From Macrostomum hystrix (Eukaryota > Animalia > Platyhelminthes), in assembly GCA_950097015.1 (NCBI GenBank), contig CATNEN010000010.1, positions 3,100,001 through 3,164,000 of the forward strand: 64,000 bases of DNA, read 5' to 3'. This document shows positions 25,569 through 36,553 of this stretch, piece by piece. Position numbers and translations under genes: made by a program. The notes under the pieces are model-generated. The model saw only the letters and a program-made list of their open reading frames with translations, did no database searches and had not been told where the DNA came from. Position 1 is the stretch's first letter. The number at the start of each line of letters is the position of its first letter.

Positions 25569-28500
25569 TTAGGCGGTAGTCAGGCGGGTCATGAAGTCGG
25601 GCTTCCGCCTGGTGAGGCGCACGTAGCCCATGAGCTGTAGCTGGGCGCAGGCCCGCAGGAATCTGACCTGCATCATCGGAGACGGCGCCGACGAACACGC
25701 TGGATTTTCGTCCGCGGCATCGTTGTGGTCTTTGTCGTCACCGTCTCGCCGACAGGTGGCGAAAGCTCGCATGAGATCCACAATGCGAATCAGCTTGCGG
25801 CACTCCTTGTGCAGCCGGAATGCCACGCCGAGGTCCGTCAGGCCGACGGAAACGCCGGCTGAGGAATCCGGTTCCGCCGCCTGCAGCAGCTGACGCTCGA
25901 GACGGCCTGCCGGATCGGCGGCGAATGCGGCGATCAGCATGGGGCGGCAGTCGGCGTACACGGAGCCGCTGTCGGGCAGCGAGGCGGGCGCGGGCAGATC
26001 AGCGCGCAGACGGTCGATGAGGCAGGCGGCCAGGCGGGCGCGCAAATTGGCGCCAATTCGGCGCTGCTCGGCGCGCCTGTTCACCTCGGCGGCAAAGTTC
26101 TGGCGCTGCATCTGGCGGGTGAGCTGCAAAGGAAAGGTGGCAGGTGAGCACAGTATGAGGTTCAGCGCGTTTGAACTCAATACTAATTAACCCAACTGAT
26201 TGGTTGACCTAGTGATTGGTTGATCCACTGATTGGCCCCGCTGGTTGCACGCAACCTACTGATTGATTGACCACCTGATTGGGTCAGAAAACAGTTTATT
26301 TATTATATCGGTATTCTCTGACCTTCTGAGGCGAGTAGCCGTCCTCGCCGCCACCACTGCCTGAGGTCAGCTCCATTGGCAGCTCCATTGACAAAGACGA
26401 ATTTGCAGCCGCAGCAGTCTCCTCTAGCCGCTTGGCCAAATCGCTGGCCAGAGGATCCAAGTCGCCTAACCAGCCGGAGATGAGGGACCGATTGACAGCG
26501 TCATCGTCCAGCTGCTTGGCTCGCTGAAGCATGAGCCTGGTGGCATTCACCCGATCCAGCACAGTCTCGGTGTTGAGCTCCAGAAAGCGTGCGAGGCGCT
26601 CCTTGAAATCCGGGTCGTCAACCAGGTGACCGCCGTTGCTAAGCAGCAGGGAGTAGATCAGCCGCTTGGAGCGCCAGTCAAGCAGCGAGTCCAGCAGGCG
26701 GATGGCCAGCGGAGCCGCCCGCTGATGGCGAATGTGAGCCGGATCAACCGCCTGGTGCCGGGAGCAACGCTGGATGTGCCAGAGCAAAGCCAGCTTCAGG
26801 CGCAGCATGAAGGCGGAGATGGAGAACTCGGTGTCCTCGAACGCCTCCACCAGGCAGTCGAAGGTGGCCCTACTAAGTCTGAGTTGCCGCTCCGGGCAGT
26901 TGATGAGCACCCGATCCAGCAGCCGATCGAACAGGACGCCGGCTGCGGCTGACTGGAAGAACCGGACAGACAGGCGGGCAAGGGCCCGGCTTGACAGCAG
27001 CGACTGCAGGCTGGCCGGAGTCTTGGACAGGCTGCACACAATGGCCACGGGCAGCTCGGCTGAGTAGTGACTGCTCACCTGGAGGATTACAGTAGTTAGG
27101 GATTCCACGTAAGTCTTTCAGTTAAGTGGAGTAGCGTCTCAAGTTATCCCAACTCAGCCTGCACATTCAGGCATCACAACTCAGCCTCTACAACGACAAC
27201 TCAGCCTCTACAATACTAACAAAGTCTCTACAATCTCAACAAAGCCTTTACAATGACAACTCAGCCTCTACAATCACAAAGCTTCTACAATGACAACTCA
27301 GCTTCTACAATCCCAACCCAGCCTCTACATTCAGGCCATCCGCCCTCTATTGCTGGCCGCTGACCCACCAGAATGAACTTGTTTAGGGCCTTGCTGCTGG
27401 AGGCCTCGTCGAAGTCTCGAATCAGCAGCACCAGCTGCGGAGCTGCAGGCTGCTGCTGCTTGTCCGGCAGTTCGAACGCGCTGCGGTAGACCTCAGCAGC
27501 CAGGAGGAAGGAGTGCTTCACACTCCCAGAAAGCTTGCGAGCCTGCGCAGCCGCTGACATCTCAGGCAGCCACTGAGCCAACGCCTTTGAGAACAGCTGG
27601 GTGGCCGACAAAAGGTCGCCCGAGTCCACCTGCAAAGGCAACACAGCATTGACTTTTATAAAGACTAAATATATATTTAATTATTAAGCTTTAACAATAG
27701 ATCACATTTGAGAACAGTCTCAAATCTAGACAATTCCCAGCTTCAACAATCGATCCAATTTGAGAACAGTCTCAAATCTAGACAATTCCCAGCTTCAACA
27801 ATCGATCCAATTTGAGAACAGTCTCAAATCTAGACAATTCCCAGCTTCAACAATCGGTCCAATTTGAGAACAGTCTCAAATCTAGACAATTCCCAGCTTC
27901 AACAATCGGTCCAATTTGAGAACAGTCTCAAATCTAGACAATTCCAGCTTCAACAATCGGTCCAATTTGAGAACAGTCTCAAATCTAGACAATTCCCAGC
28001 TTCAACAATCGGTCCAATTTGAGAACAGTCTCAAATCTAGACAATCCCCAGCTTCAACAATCGGTCCAATTTGAGAACAGTCTCAAATCTAGACAATTCC
28101 CAGCTTCAACAATCGATCCAATTTGAGAACAGTCTCAAATCTAGACAATTCCCAGCTTCAACAATCGATCCAATTTGAGAATAGTCTCAAATCTAGACAA
28201 TTCCCAGCTTCAACAATCGATCCAATTTGAGAACAGTCTCAAATCTAGACAATCCCCAGCTTCAACAATCGATCCAATTTGAGAACAGTCTCAAATCTAG
28301 ACAATTCCCAGCTTCAACAATCGGTCCAATTTGAGAACAGTCTCAAATCTAGACAATCCCCAGCTTCAACAATCGGTCCATTTTGAGAACAGTCTCAAAT
28401 CTAGACAATCCCCAGCTTCAACAATCGGTCCAATTTGAGAACAGTCACAAATCTAGACAATCCCCAGCTTCAACAATCGATCCAATTTGAGAACAGTCTC

Positions 28501-31009
28501 AAATCTAGACAATTCCCAGCTTCAACAATCGGTCCGATTTGAGAACAGTCTCAAATCTAGACAATTCCCAGCTTCAACAATCGATCCAATTTGAGAACAG
28601 TCTCAAATCTAGACAATTCCCAGCTTCAACAATCGGTCCAATTTGAGAATAGTCTCAAATCTAGACAATTCCCAGCTTCAACAATCGATCCAATTTGAGA
28701 ACAGTCTCAAATCTAGACAATTCCCAGCTTCAACAATCGGTCCAATTTGAGAACAGTCTCAAATCTAGACAATTCCCAGCTTCAACAATCGATCCAATTT
28801 GAGAACAGTCTCAAATCTAGACAATTCCCAGCTTCAACAATCGGTCCAATTTGAGAACAGTCTCAAATCTAGACAATCCCCAGCTTCAACAATCGGTCCA
28901 ATTTGAGAACAGTCTCAAATCTAGACAATCCCCAGCTTCAACAATCGGTCCAATTTGAGAACAGTCTCAAATCTAGACAATTCCCAGCTTCAACAATCGG
29001 TCCAATTTGAGAACAGTCTCAAATCTAGACAATTCCCAGCTTCAACAATCGGTCCAATTTGAGAACAGTCTCAAATCTAGACAATTCCCAGCTTCAACAA
29101 TCGGTCCAATTTGAGAACAGTCTCAAATCTAGACAATTCCCAGCTTCAACAATCGGTCCAATTTGAGAACAGTCTCAAATCTAGACAATCCCCAGCTTCA
29201 ACAATCGGTCCAATTTGAGAACAGTCTCAAATCTAGACAATTCCCAGCTTCAACAATCGATCCAATTTGAGAACAGTCTCAAATCTAGACAATTCCCAGC
29301 TTCAACAATCGATCCAATTTGAGAATAGTCTCAAATCTAGACAATTCCCAGCTTCAACAATCGATCCAATTTGAGAACAGTCTCAAATCTAGACAATCCC
29401 CAGCTTCAACAATCGATCCAATTTGAGAACAGTCTCAAATCTAGACAATTCCCAGCTTCAACAATCGGTCCAATTTGAGAACAGTCTCAAATCTAGACAA
29501 TCCCCAGCTTCAACAATCGGTCCATTTTGAGAACAGTCTCAAATCTAGACAATCCCCAGCTTCAACAATCGGTCCAATTTGAGAACAGTCACAAATCTAG
29601 ACAATCCCCAGCTTCAACAATCGGTCCAATTTGAGAACAGTCTCAAATCTAGACAATTCCCAGCTTCAACAATCGGTCCGATTTGAGAACAGTCTCAAAT
29701 CTAGACAATTCCCAGCTTCAACAATCGATCCAATTTGAGAACAGTCTCAAATCTAGACAATTCCCAGCTTCAACAATCGGTCCAATTTGAGAATAGTCTC
29801 AAATCTAGACAATTCCCAGCTTCAACAATCGATCCAATTTGAGAACAGTCTCAAATCTAGACAATTCCCAGCTTCAACAATCGGTCCAATTTGAGAACAG
29901 TCTCAAATCTAGACAATTCCCAGCTTCAACAATCGATCCAATTTGAGAACAGTCTCAAATCTAGACAATTCCCAGCTTCAACAATCGGTCCAATTTGAGA
30001 ACAGTCTCAAATCTAGACAATCCCCAGCTTCAACAATCGGTCCAATTTGAGAACAGTCTCAAATCTAGACAATTCCCAGCTTCAACAATCGGTCCGATTT
30101 GAGAACAGTCTCAAATCTAGACAATCCCCAGCTTCAACAATCGGTCCAATTTGAGAACAGTCACAAATCTAGACAATCCCCAGCTTCAACAATCGGTCCA
30201 ATTTGAGAACAGTCTCAAATCTAGACAATCCCCAGCTTCAACAATCGGTCCAATTTGAGAACAGTCTCAAATCTAGACAATTCCCAGCTTCAACAATCGG
30301 TCCGATTTGAGAACAGTCTCAAATCTAGACAATCCCCAGCTTCAACAATCGGTCCAATTTGAGAACAGTCACAAATCTAGACAATCCCCAGCTTCAACAA
30401 TCGGTCCAATTTGAGAACAGTCTCAAATCTAGACAATCCCCAGCTTCAACAATCGATCCAATTTGAGAACAGTCGTGACACCTGAGCCAGCCTGAAGCCG
30501 CCGTCAGCCGCCAGCCTGTTGGTGAGACCAGCCAGCATGGCGTCCCGATCCGGCGTGTTGACGCCGGAGTGCAGGGCAGCGAACGGCAGCCGGCCAGCCA
30601 GGTGAGCAGCGGCTTGAACAGGCTGAGTGGCGGCCGCCAGCTGGCGCCATCTGGCCAGCCAGTCCCTCTGATTGTCGGCCAGAAAGCCGCTAAGCTTGGC
30701 GCAGATGTCGGCGTTGGACTCGGCCAGGACCCGAGTCGCCTGCTGCTCGTACCAGGGCCAGGCGGAGGCGAACTCACCGCCCGCGCCAGGCTTTCCCCCA
30801 TCCCCAGTTGCGGCGTCATCGGTTTCCATGGTTTCCGGCTTGTTCTTGGACAGGGCGCGGCGGCGCGAGCGATGAGAGGCCGACTTGGCGGACGGCGTCT
30901 CGACGATGGCGGCAGCGGCTTTGGCAAAGCGAGGCAGGCGAGCCAGCAGGGCGGGCGGGCAGCTGAGGTTGAGCAGGACGCGGCGGCGCGGCTTTTGCAG
31001 GGCTTCCAT
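25569..31009 (-). CDS. ORC3: Origin recognition complex subunit 3 (exons 31009-30482, 27629-27369, 27078-26323, 26123-25569; ~699 aa)
   Basis: All introns are phase 0 with GT-AG ends. The C-terminal winged helix DLGVAFRLHKECRKLIRIVDLMRAF...RFLRACAQLQLMGYVRLTRRKPDFMTRLT matches ORC3, as does LVLLIRDFDE...FILVSSHYSAELP in the AAA-like region. Confidence 0.9.
27706..30473. repeat. 52-bp satellite array (~53 copies) in ORC3 intron 1
   Basis: Unit TTTGAGAACAGTCTCAAATCTAGACAATTCCCAGCTTCAACAATCGRTCCAA; contains higher-order duplications. Confidence 0.97.
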
Positions 31010-31537
31010 TGTTTTAATCTGCTTCTTTCTGCAATTCGAAATTAAAAATATTCTTCGTCTTAAAATAAAATGGACTCGTATTGGAGAAAAGCAAATACAA
31101 ATCAATTGATGGCAATCAATGACAAATACAACAGCTACTCAAAAGTTAATAAACATGTATTTAGTTAGTTTTATGTCATGACATTAGCGGCAATGAGGCT
31201 ATATTAATTAACATTTGCGCAAAATAAAACTGACTGGAGTAATTCTGGATAGGAATCAAATACTACTGTTAGTAGAATGAAAATCTAATCAATAAAGGGA
31301 GATTCCTATAATGATCCAATGACAAAAATCAAAACATCAAATCTAAAACAGGAATACGAGCTTTACTATCACCATCAACCAAAGCAAAACGCGGGAGGAT
31401 AAGCAAGAAACGGAAGGCAGTTAGCAATAGACAAAACTACAAGTATAGCTAAACAGTAGTCTGGATTGGCTACAAGGATTGCATTAAACTTAGGGGTATT
31501 GAGATACGGATCTATAATGAAACAATGACCGATAATT

Positions 31538-32443
31538 TGGGATCCAAGGATCTAGGAATCAAAGGACCTAGGGATCCAAGGATCTAGGAATCAAAGGATC
31601 TAAGAATCAAAGGATCTAGGGATCCAAGGATCTAGGAATTAAAGGATCTAAGAATCAAAGGATCTAGGAATCCAAGGATCTAGGAATCAAAGGATCTAGG
31701 AATCAAAGGATCTAGGAATCAAAGGATCTAGGAATCCAAGGATCTAGGAATCAAAGGATCTGGGGATCAAAGAATCTAGGGATCCAAGGATCTAAGAATC
31801 AAAGGATCTAGGGATCAAAGGATCTAGAAATCAAAGGATCTAGAAATCAAAGGATCTAGGGATCAAAGAATCTAGGAATCAAAGGATCTAAGAATCAAAG
31901 GATCTAGGGATCAAATAATCTAGGGATCCAAGGATCTAGGGATCAAAGGATCTAGGGATCCAATGATCTAGGAATCAAAGGATCTAGGAATCAAAGGATC
32001 TAGGGATCAAAGGATCTAGGGATCAAAGGATCTAGGAATCAAAGGATCTAGGAATCCAAGGATCTAGGAATCAAAGGATCTGGGGATCAAAGAATCTAGG
32101 GATCCAAGGATCTAAGAATCAAAGGATCTAGGGATCAAAGGATCTAGAAATCAAAGGATCTAGAAATCAAAGGATCTAGGGATCAAAGAATCTAGGAATC
32201 AAAGGATCTAAGAATCAAAGGATCTAGGGATCAAATAATCTAGGGATCCAAGGATCTAGGGATCAAAGGATCTAGGGATCAAAGGATCTAGGGATCCAAG
32301 GATCTAGGGATCAAAGGATCTAGAAATCAAAGGATCTAGGGATGAAAGAATCTAGGGATCAAAGGATCTAGGGATGAAAGAATCTAGGGATCAAAGGATC
32401 TAGGGATGAAAGAATCTAGGGATCAAAGGATCTGGGAATCAAA
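31538..32443. repeat. 16-bp GATC-rich minisatellite (GGATCTAGGGATCAAA) between VPS51 and ORC3
   Basis: Tandem array; variant pattern repeats at 320 bp (TGGGGATC at 31761 and 32081). Confidence 0.95.
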
Positions 32444-32481
32444 GAAAAAGGGTTTAGTGATCAATGGATCAAAGATCAGAC

Positions 32482-35476
32482 TTAGTCCCGCTCGACAATG
32501 AGTTCCACAACGGACTGTTCCATGAAGACGGGATCAACGCAGCGGTTGGCGGCGCTGGCGAGAATCTCCTCCAGCAGGAAGCGAACCACGCTGTCGTCTG
32601 CAACGTAGCGCCACAGAAAAGTCTGCAGGTAGTGGCAGTCCACCTGCACCTGTTGCAGTCCGTAGCGACCGAAAGTCTTCAATCGGACGCACTCCAGCAG
32701 GGTCTTCAGAGCCAGCCGCACAATGCCGGACACCACCGAGGCCCGACCGAACTCCGCCGGGCCCAGCAGGTCGACCTTGTCGCTGAACAGCCGGTGCAGC
32801 AGGCTGTTGCCAAGGGTTGACGGTGTGGCCGACCAGCCACTGAGGGCGGGTGCCGGGGGTCGCCTGCCGATCGGCAGCCGGTTGGCGCTGCTGTCCGAGG
32901 ACTTGTCCCCACCGCCGCGGCCGCCACCTCCGCCGCTGGGAGCCTCGTCGTACAGGCTGGAGACTGAGGCGTTGATGCCGGCCAAGTCTTCGACGACTCG
33001 CTTTACAACTGCGCGCACCGACCGCGGCTCGATTCCCTTTCAAGGATTTTAAGAGGGTTGGAGGACTTGATAGAATGTATTTTGAAGAAGGGATTGATTT
33101 GGGAGCTGGGAATGGATTTGAGAGAATGGAATGGAGGAGCTGGGAATGGATTTGGGAGAATGGAATGGAGGAGCTAGGAATGGATTTGGGAGAATGGAAT
33201 GGAGGAGCTAGGAATGGATTTGGGAGAATGGAATGGAGGAGCTGAGAATGGATTTGGGAGAATGGAATGGAGGAGCTGAGAATGGGATTTGGGAGAATGG
33301 AATGGAGGAGCTGAGAATGGATTTGGGAGAATGGAATGGAGGAGCTGAGAATGGGATTTGTAGGAGGTGGGCGATATAGCCGGCTCCCACCTGCAGCCAG
33401 TCGCGAGCGTCCACAGATTTCCTGAGCATGCCGGCCAGAGTGCCGCCGCTGGAGCACACGAAGGCCTGCAGGAGGGCCGAGGCCGAGTCGCTGTAGGTGG
33501 CGGACAGCTCGCTGACGGGCGTCACCAGGGACTCGGCCTGAGTGGACTCCGGCACCAGAAACTGCTCATCGGCCAGAGTGCACAGGTAGTGGAGGGAGGA
33601 ATTGCGAAAGTCCAAGCAATAGCGAGACAGCAGCAGCAGCAGGAGCGGCGGCGGCGGCGACGGCGACAGTTGGGCGAGGCGGGAGCACTGCTCGGCCTGG
33701 TGGGTGAGGAAGCCGGCCAGAAGGTTCTGCCTGACGGCGCGGATGCAGAAGCGCTCGCGAAAAGCCGGCTTCAAGGAGAAGCTCACATCGGTGGCCAGGA
33801 AGGCCTGAGCGGTTTGGGAAGGTTGAGCTGATGAAGAATGAGCACTAAATCATGCCAATCTCACTGCCTCCGCTCCTCACCTGCAGTGCGGCCAGAGAAG
33901 CCTTGACAGCGTCCACCAGTTCCCTGAGCAGTCCGGCCATCAGCTGGGGCAGGCTGAGTCCGCCCCTGGCGCCCAGGCCGCCTCCGGTTATAGCCAGCTG
34001 AGATCTCAAGCCGCTCAGGGCAGCAGCCAGCCTGAGGTCCAGCTGAGCCCGCACGGCAGCCGCTCGCTCAGCCGCAGCATCGCACACAACGGTGAGGGCG
34101 CGGAGAGACAGCTCGCCTTCGGTCACCAGCCGGTGCATCGCCTGCAGCTTTCTATGAAATCTGTCGCAGGCTCGCACAAGCAGCGAGTCGCCTGCTGGGC
34201 TGGGCTGGCTGCCCTTGGCCTCCAGGCAGAACCGCTTGGACACAATGGACAGGTAGGAGCGCATGACGGATTCGTGGTAGGCCTCCAGCTTGGCGCGGGA
34301 TTCGGGACTGGGGATTTGCGGAACAGAAGGGGAGCGGTCATGCACATTCCTCTAATCCCAAAAACCTAAGATTTGAGTAACCAGTGGATTGAAAGGCAAT
34401 AAGCCGCTTCTAATATGCCAACCTGGGAAAGATGTCGCCGAAAACAGCGATGAGGATGCAGAGCTCGGACACCAGGTGATTGCAGCCATGATCAACAAAC
34501 TGCAGCACATCGTCCTGCGAGCTGCCAGCCTGAGCCTCCAGCTCGCCCAGCAGCCGCTGCATCCGCGGGTCGGCCTGACGCAGGAATGCGGCGGATAGGT
34601 CGGCCTCCGACTCGCCAAGCTGACCAAGCAGGTCAACCAGCTCAGCCAGCTGCCTGGCGTCCTGGCCGCCCCCTCCTGCGACACTGTCGCCCGCACCGCA
34701 GCCGCTGCCGCCTTCGTTGAAGCGTTGCCAAAGCTGGGCTCGTAGTTCGGCCATGATTGCCAGACAGTCAGCTCTGCAATATTGTACAGGTATAGCAGAA
34801 TCCCCGATTATCCCAGCTCAATATGAGACACTTGTTCTCTAGGTTCTACGTTTAGAGATCCATGGCCCCTGAATCGGCACAGATCGAGGCACCTGATTGG
34901 CCGGAAGCTGGGCAAGTCGGCGTAGCGGCTGAGCACCCGGTCGGCCTGCTGCCAGGCCCGGATAGCCTGCTGGTGAGCACCCTGGCGCCGCAGCTCGGTG
35001 AGCCTGGCCGGCAGGTCCAGCAGGTACTGCAGCTTTCGCAACAGGGCAGACACGCCAGCCAGGCGTTTCAGCTCGGCCCGCTTGCCGCCAACCACTTGCC
35101 GGATGTCGGCGGCCTGCTGGCTCATGGCGGACACGCTCTCGGCCAGGTTGTTCATCTCCTGCTCCATGCGATGAAAGTCGCTCTTCATCTTTCTAATAGT
35201 GTCGGTGGCCGAGATGAACTTGGAGTAATTGTCGTAGACTAGAGTCTGCATGTCCGAGTCCAGCTGGCGAATCTGCTCAACCATCTGCTGCTCCTTGGCC
35301 ATCAGGCTAGTCAGGGCCTGCTCCTGCAGCAGTTTGCTCAAGTAGATCTCCGGATCGAATCCGGCGCCATCGATGTCGCACGGATCGACATTGAGGCCAA
35401 CGGCGTCTGGCTCGCCCTGGCGCTGCTGGTAGAATGTGCGCAGCCGGCTGTTGCGGCTGGGCTTGCCCGGGTCGGC
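32482..35476 (-). CDS. VPS51: Vacuolar protein sorting 51 (GARP/EARP subunit); exons 35476-34893, 34773-34423, 34307-33881, 33804-33391, 33036-32482; 776 codons, start codon not found in the genome
   Basis: Vps51 domain DIDGAGFDPEIYL...IRQLDSDMQTLVYDNYSKFISATDTIRKM and C-terminal LKTLLECVRLKTFGRYGLQQVQVDCHYLQ...FMEQSVVELIVERD. Splice phases are consistent. Confidence 0.93.
33088..33360. repeat. ~34-bp purine-rich minisatellite in VPS51 intron 4
   Basis: GGAATGGATTTGGGAGAATGGAATGGAGGAGCT units. Confidence 0.9.
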
Positions 35477-35558
35477 CTGCAATGGGTTGGTTGGGGTTCG
35501 AACTTCGGACCACAGATAAAAACAAATATTGTTCTGAGCAGTGTGGAAATTTTAGTTC

Positions 35559-36160
35559 AGGCCATAGACAGGCCATAGAAGGGATTGCTCCGAGCTATGT
35601 GGATAATGTAGTTGAGGTCATAGACAAAATGAATTACTCTGAGCTATGTGGATAATGTAGTTGAGGCCATAGACAAAACGGATTACTCTGAGCTGTGTGG
35701 ATAATGTGGTTGAGGTCATAGAAAAAATGGATTACTCTGAGCTGTGTGGATAATGTAGTTGAGGCCATAGAAAAAACGGATTACTCTGAGCTGTGTGGAT
35801 AATGTAGTTGAGGTCATAGACAAAATGGATTACTCTGAGCTGTGTGGATAATGTAGTTGAGGTCATAGACAAAACGGATTACTCTGAGCTGTGAGGATAA
35901 TGTAGTTGAGGTCATAGAAAAAATGGATTACACTGAGCTATGTGGATAATGTAGTTGAGGCCATAGAAAAAATGGATTACTCTGAGCTGTGTGGATAATG
36001 TAGTTGAGGCCATAGACAAAACGGATTACTCGGAGCTATGTGGATAATGTATTTGAGGTCATAGAAAAAATGGATTACTCTGAGCTGTGTGGATAATGTA
36101 GTTGAGGCCATAGACAAAACGGATTACTCTGAGCTGTGAGGATAATGTATTTGAGGTCAT
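35559..36160. repeat. 49-bp minisatellite between gelsolin and VPS51
   Basis: GAGCTATGTGGATAATGTAGTTGAGGTCATAGACAAAATGGATTACTCT, about 12 copies. Confidence 0.95.
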
Positions 36161-36553
36161 AAGATATAATTAGCAATAAAATGCTTAAGCAATGGTTAAC
36201 AAAATAATTACATATGATATCTGACAACTTCTCTTGTAAGAAGTGAGACCTATATTTGACTAGGCTTTTTATAAAATCTTTAACAATTTGAGTCTGTCAC
36301 AACTGTTATTTGCGACATGAGAAATAGAATCACATCTTACTGAGTTTATTTCGGAATAAACAACTGGAAACAAAAGCAGCAAGCCAAATAAACAGACCGC
36401 TTCAATAGCTGGTCAAACAGATATGGTAAAATCTAGATATATGATTTGATACTCACAACAGCACACCTTGAATAGCACAGTGCAATAAAGTTCCAATAAA
36501 AAACATAACATTAACCGCAAATCAGCGCACAGCACACTACTCGCAGTAGCTTG

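Noticed and set aside
27706-30473. Palindrome-containing 52-bp repeats resembling a CRISPR array
   Set aside because: There are no unique spacers and no cas genes, and the array lies in a spliceosomal intron of a eukaryotic gene.
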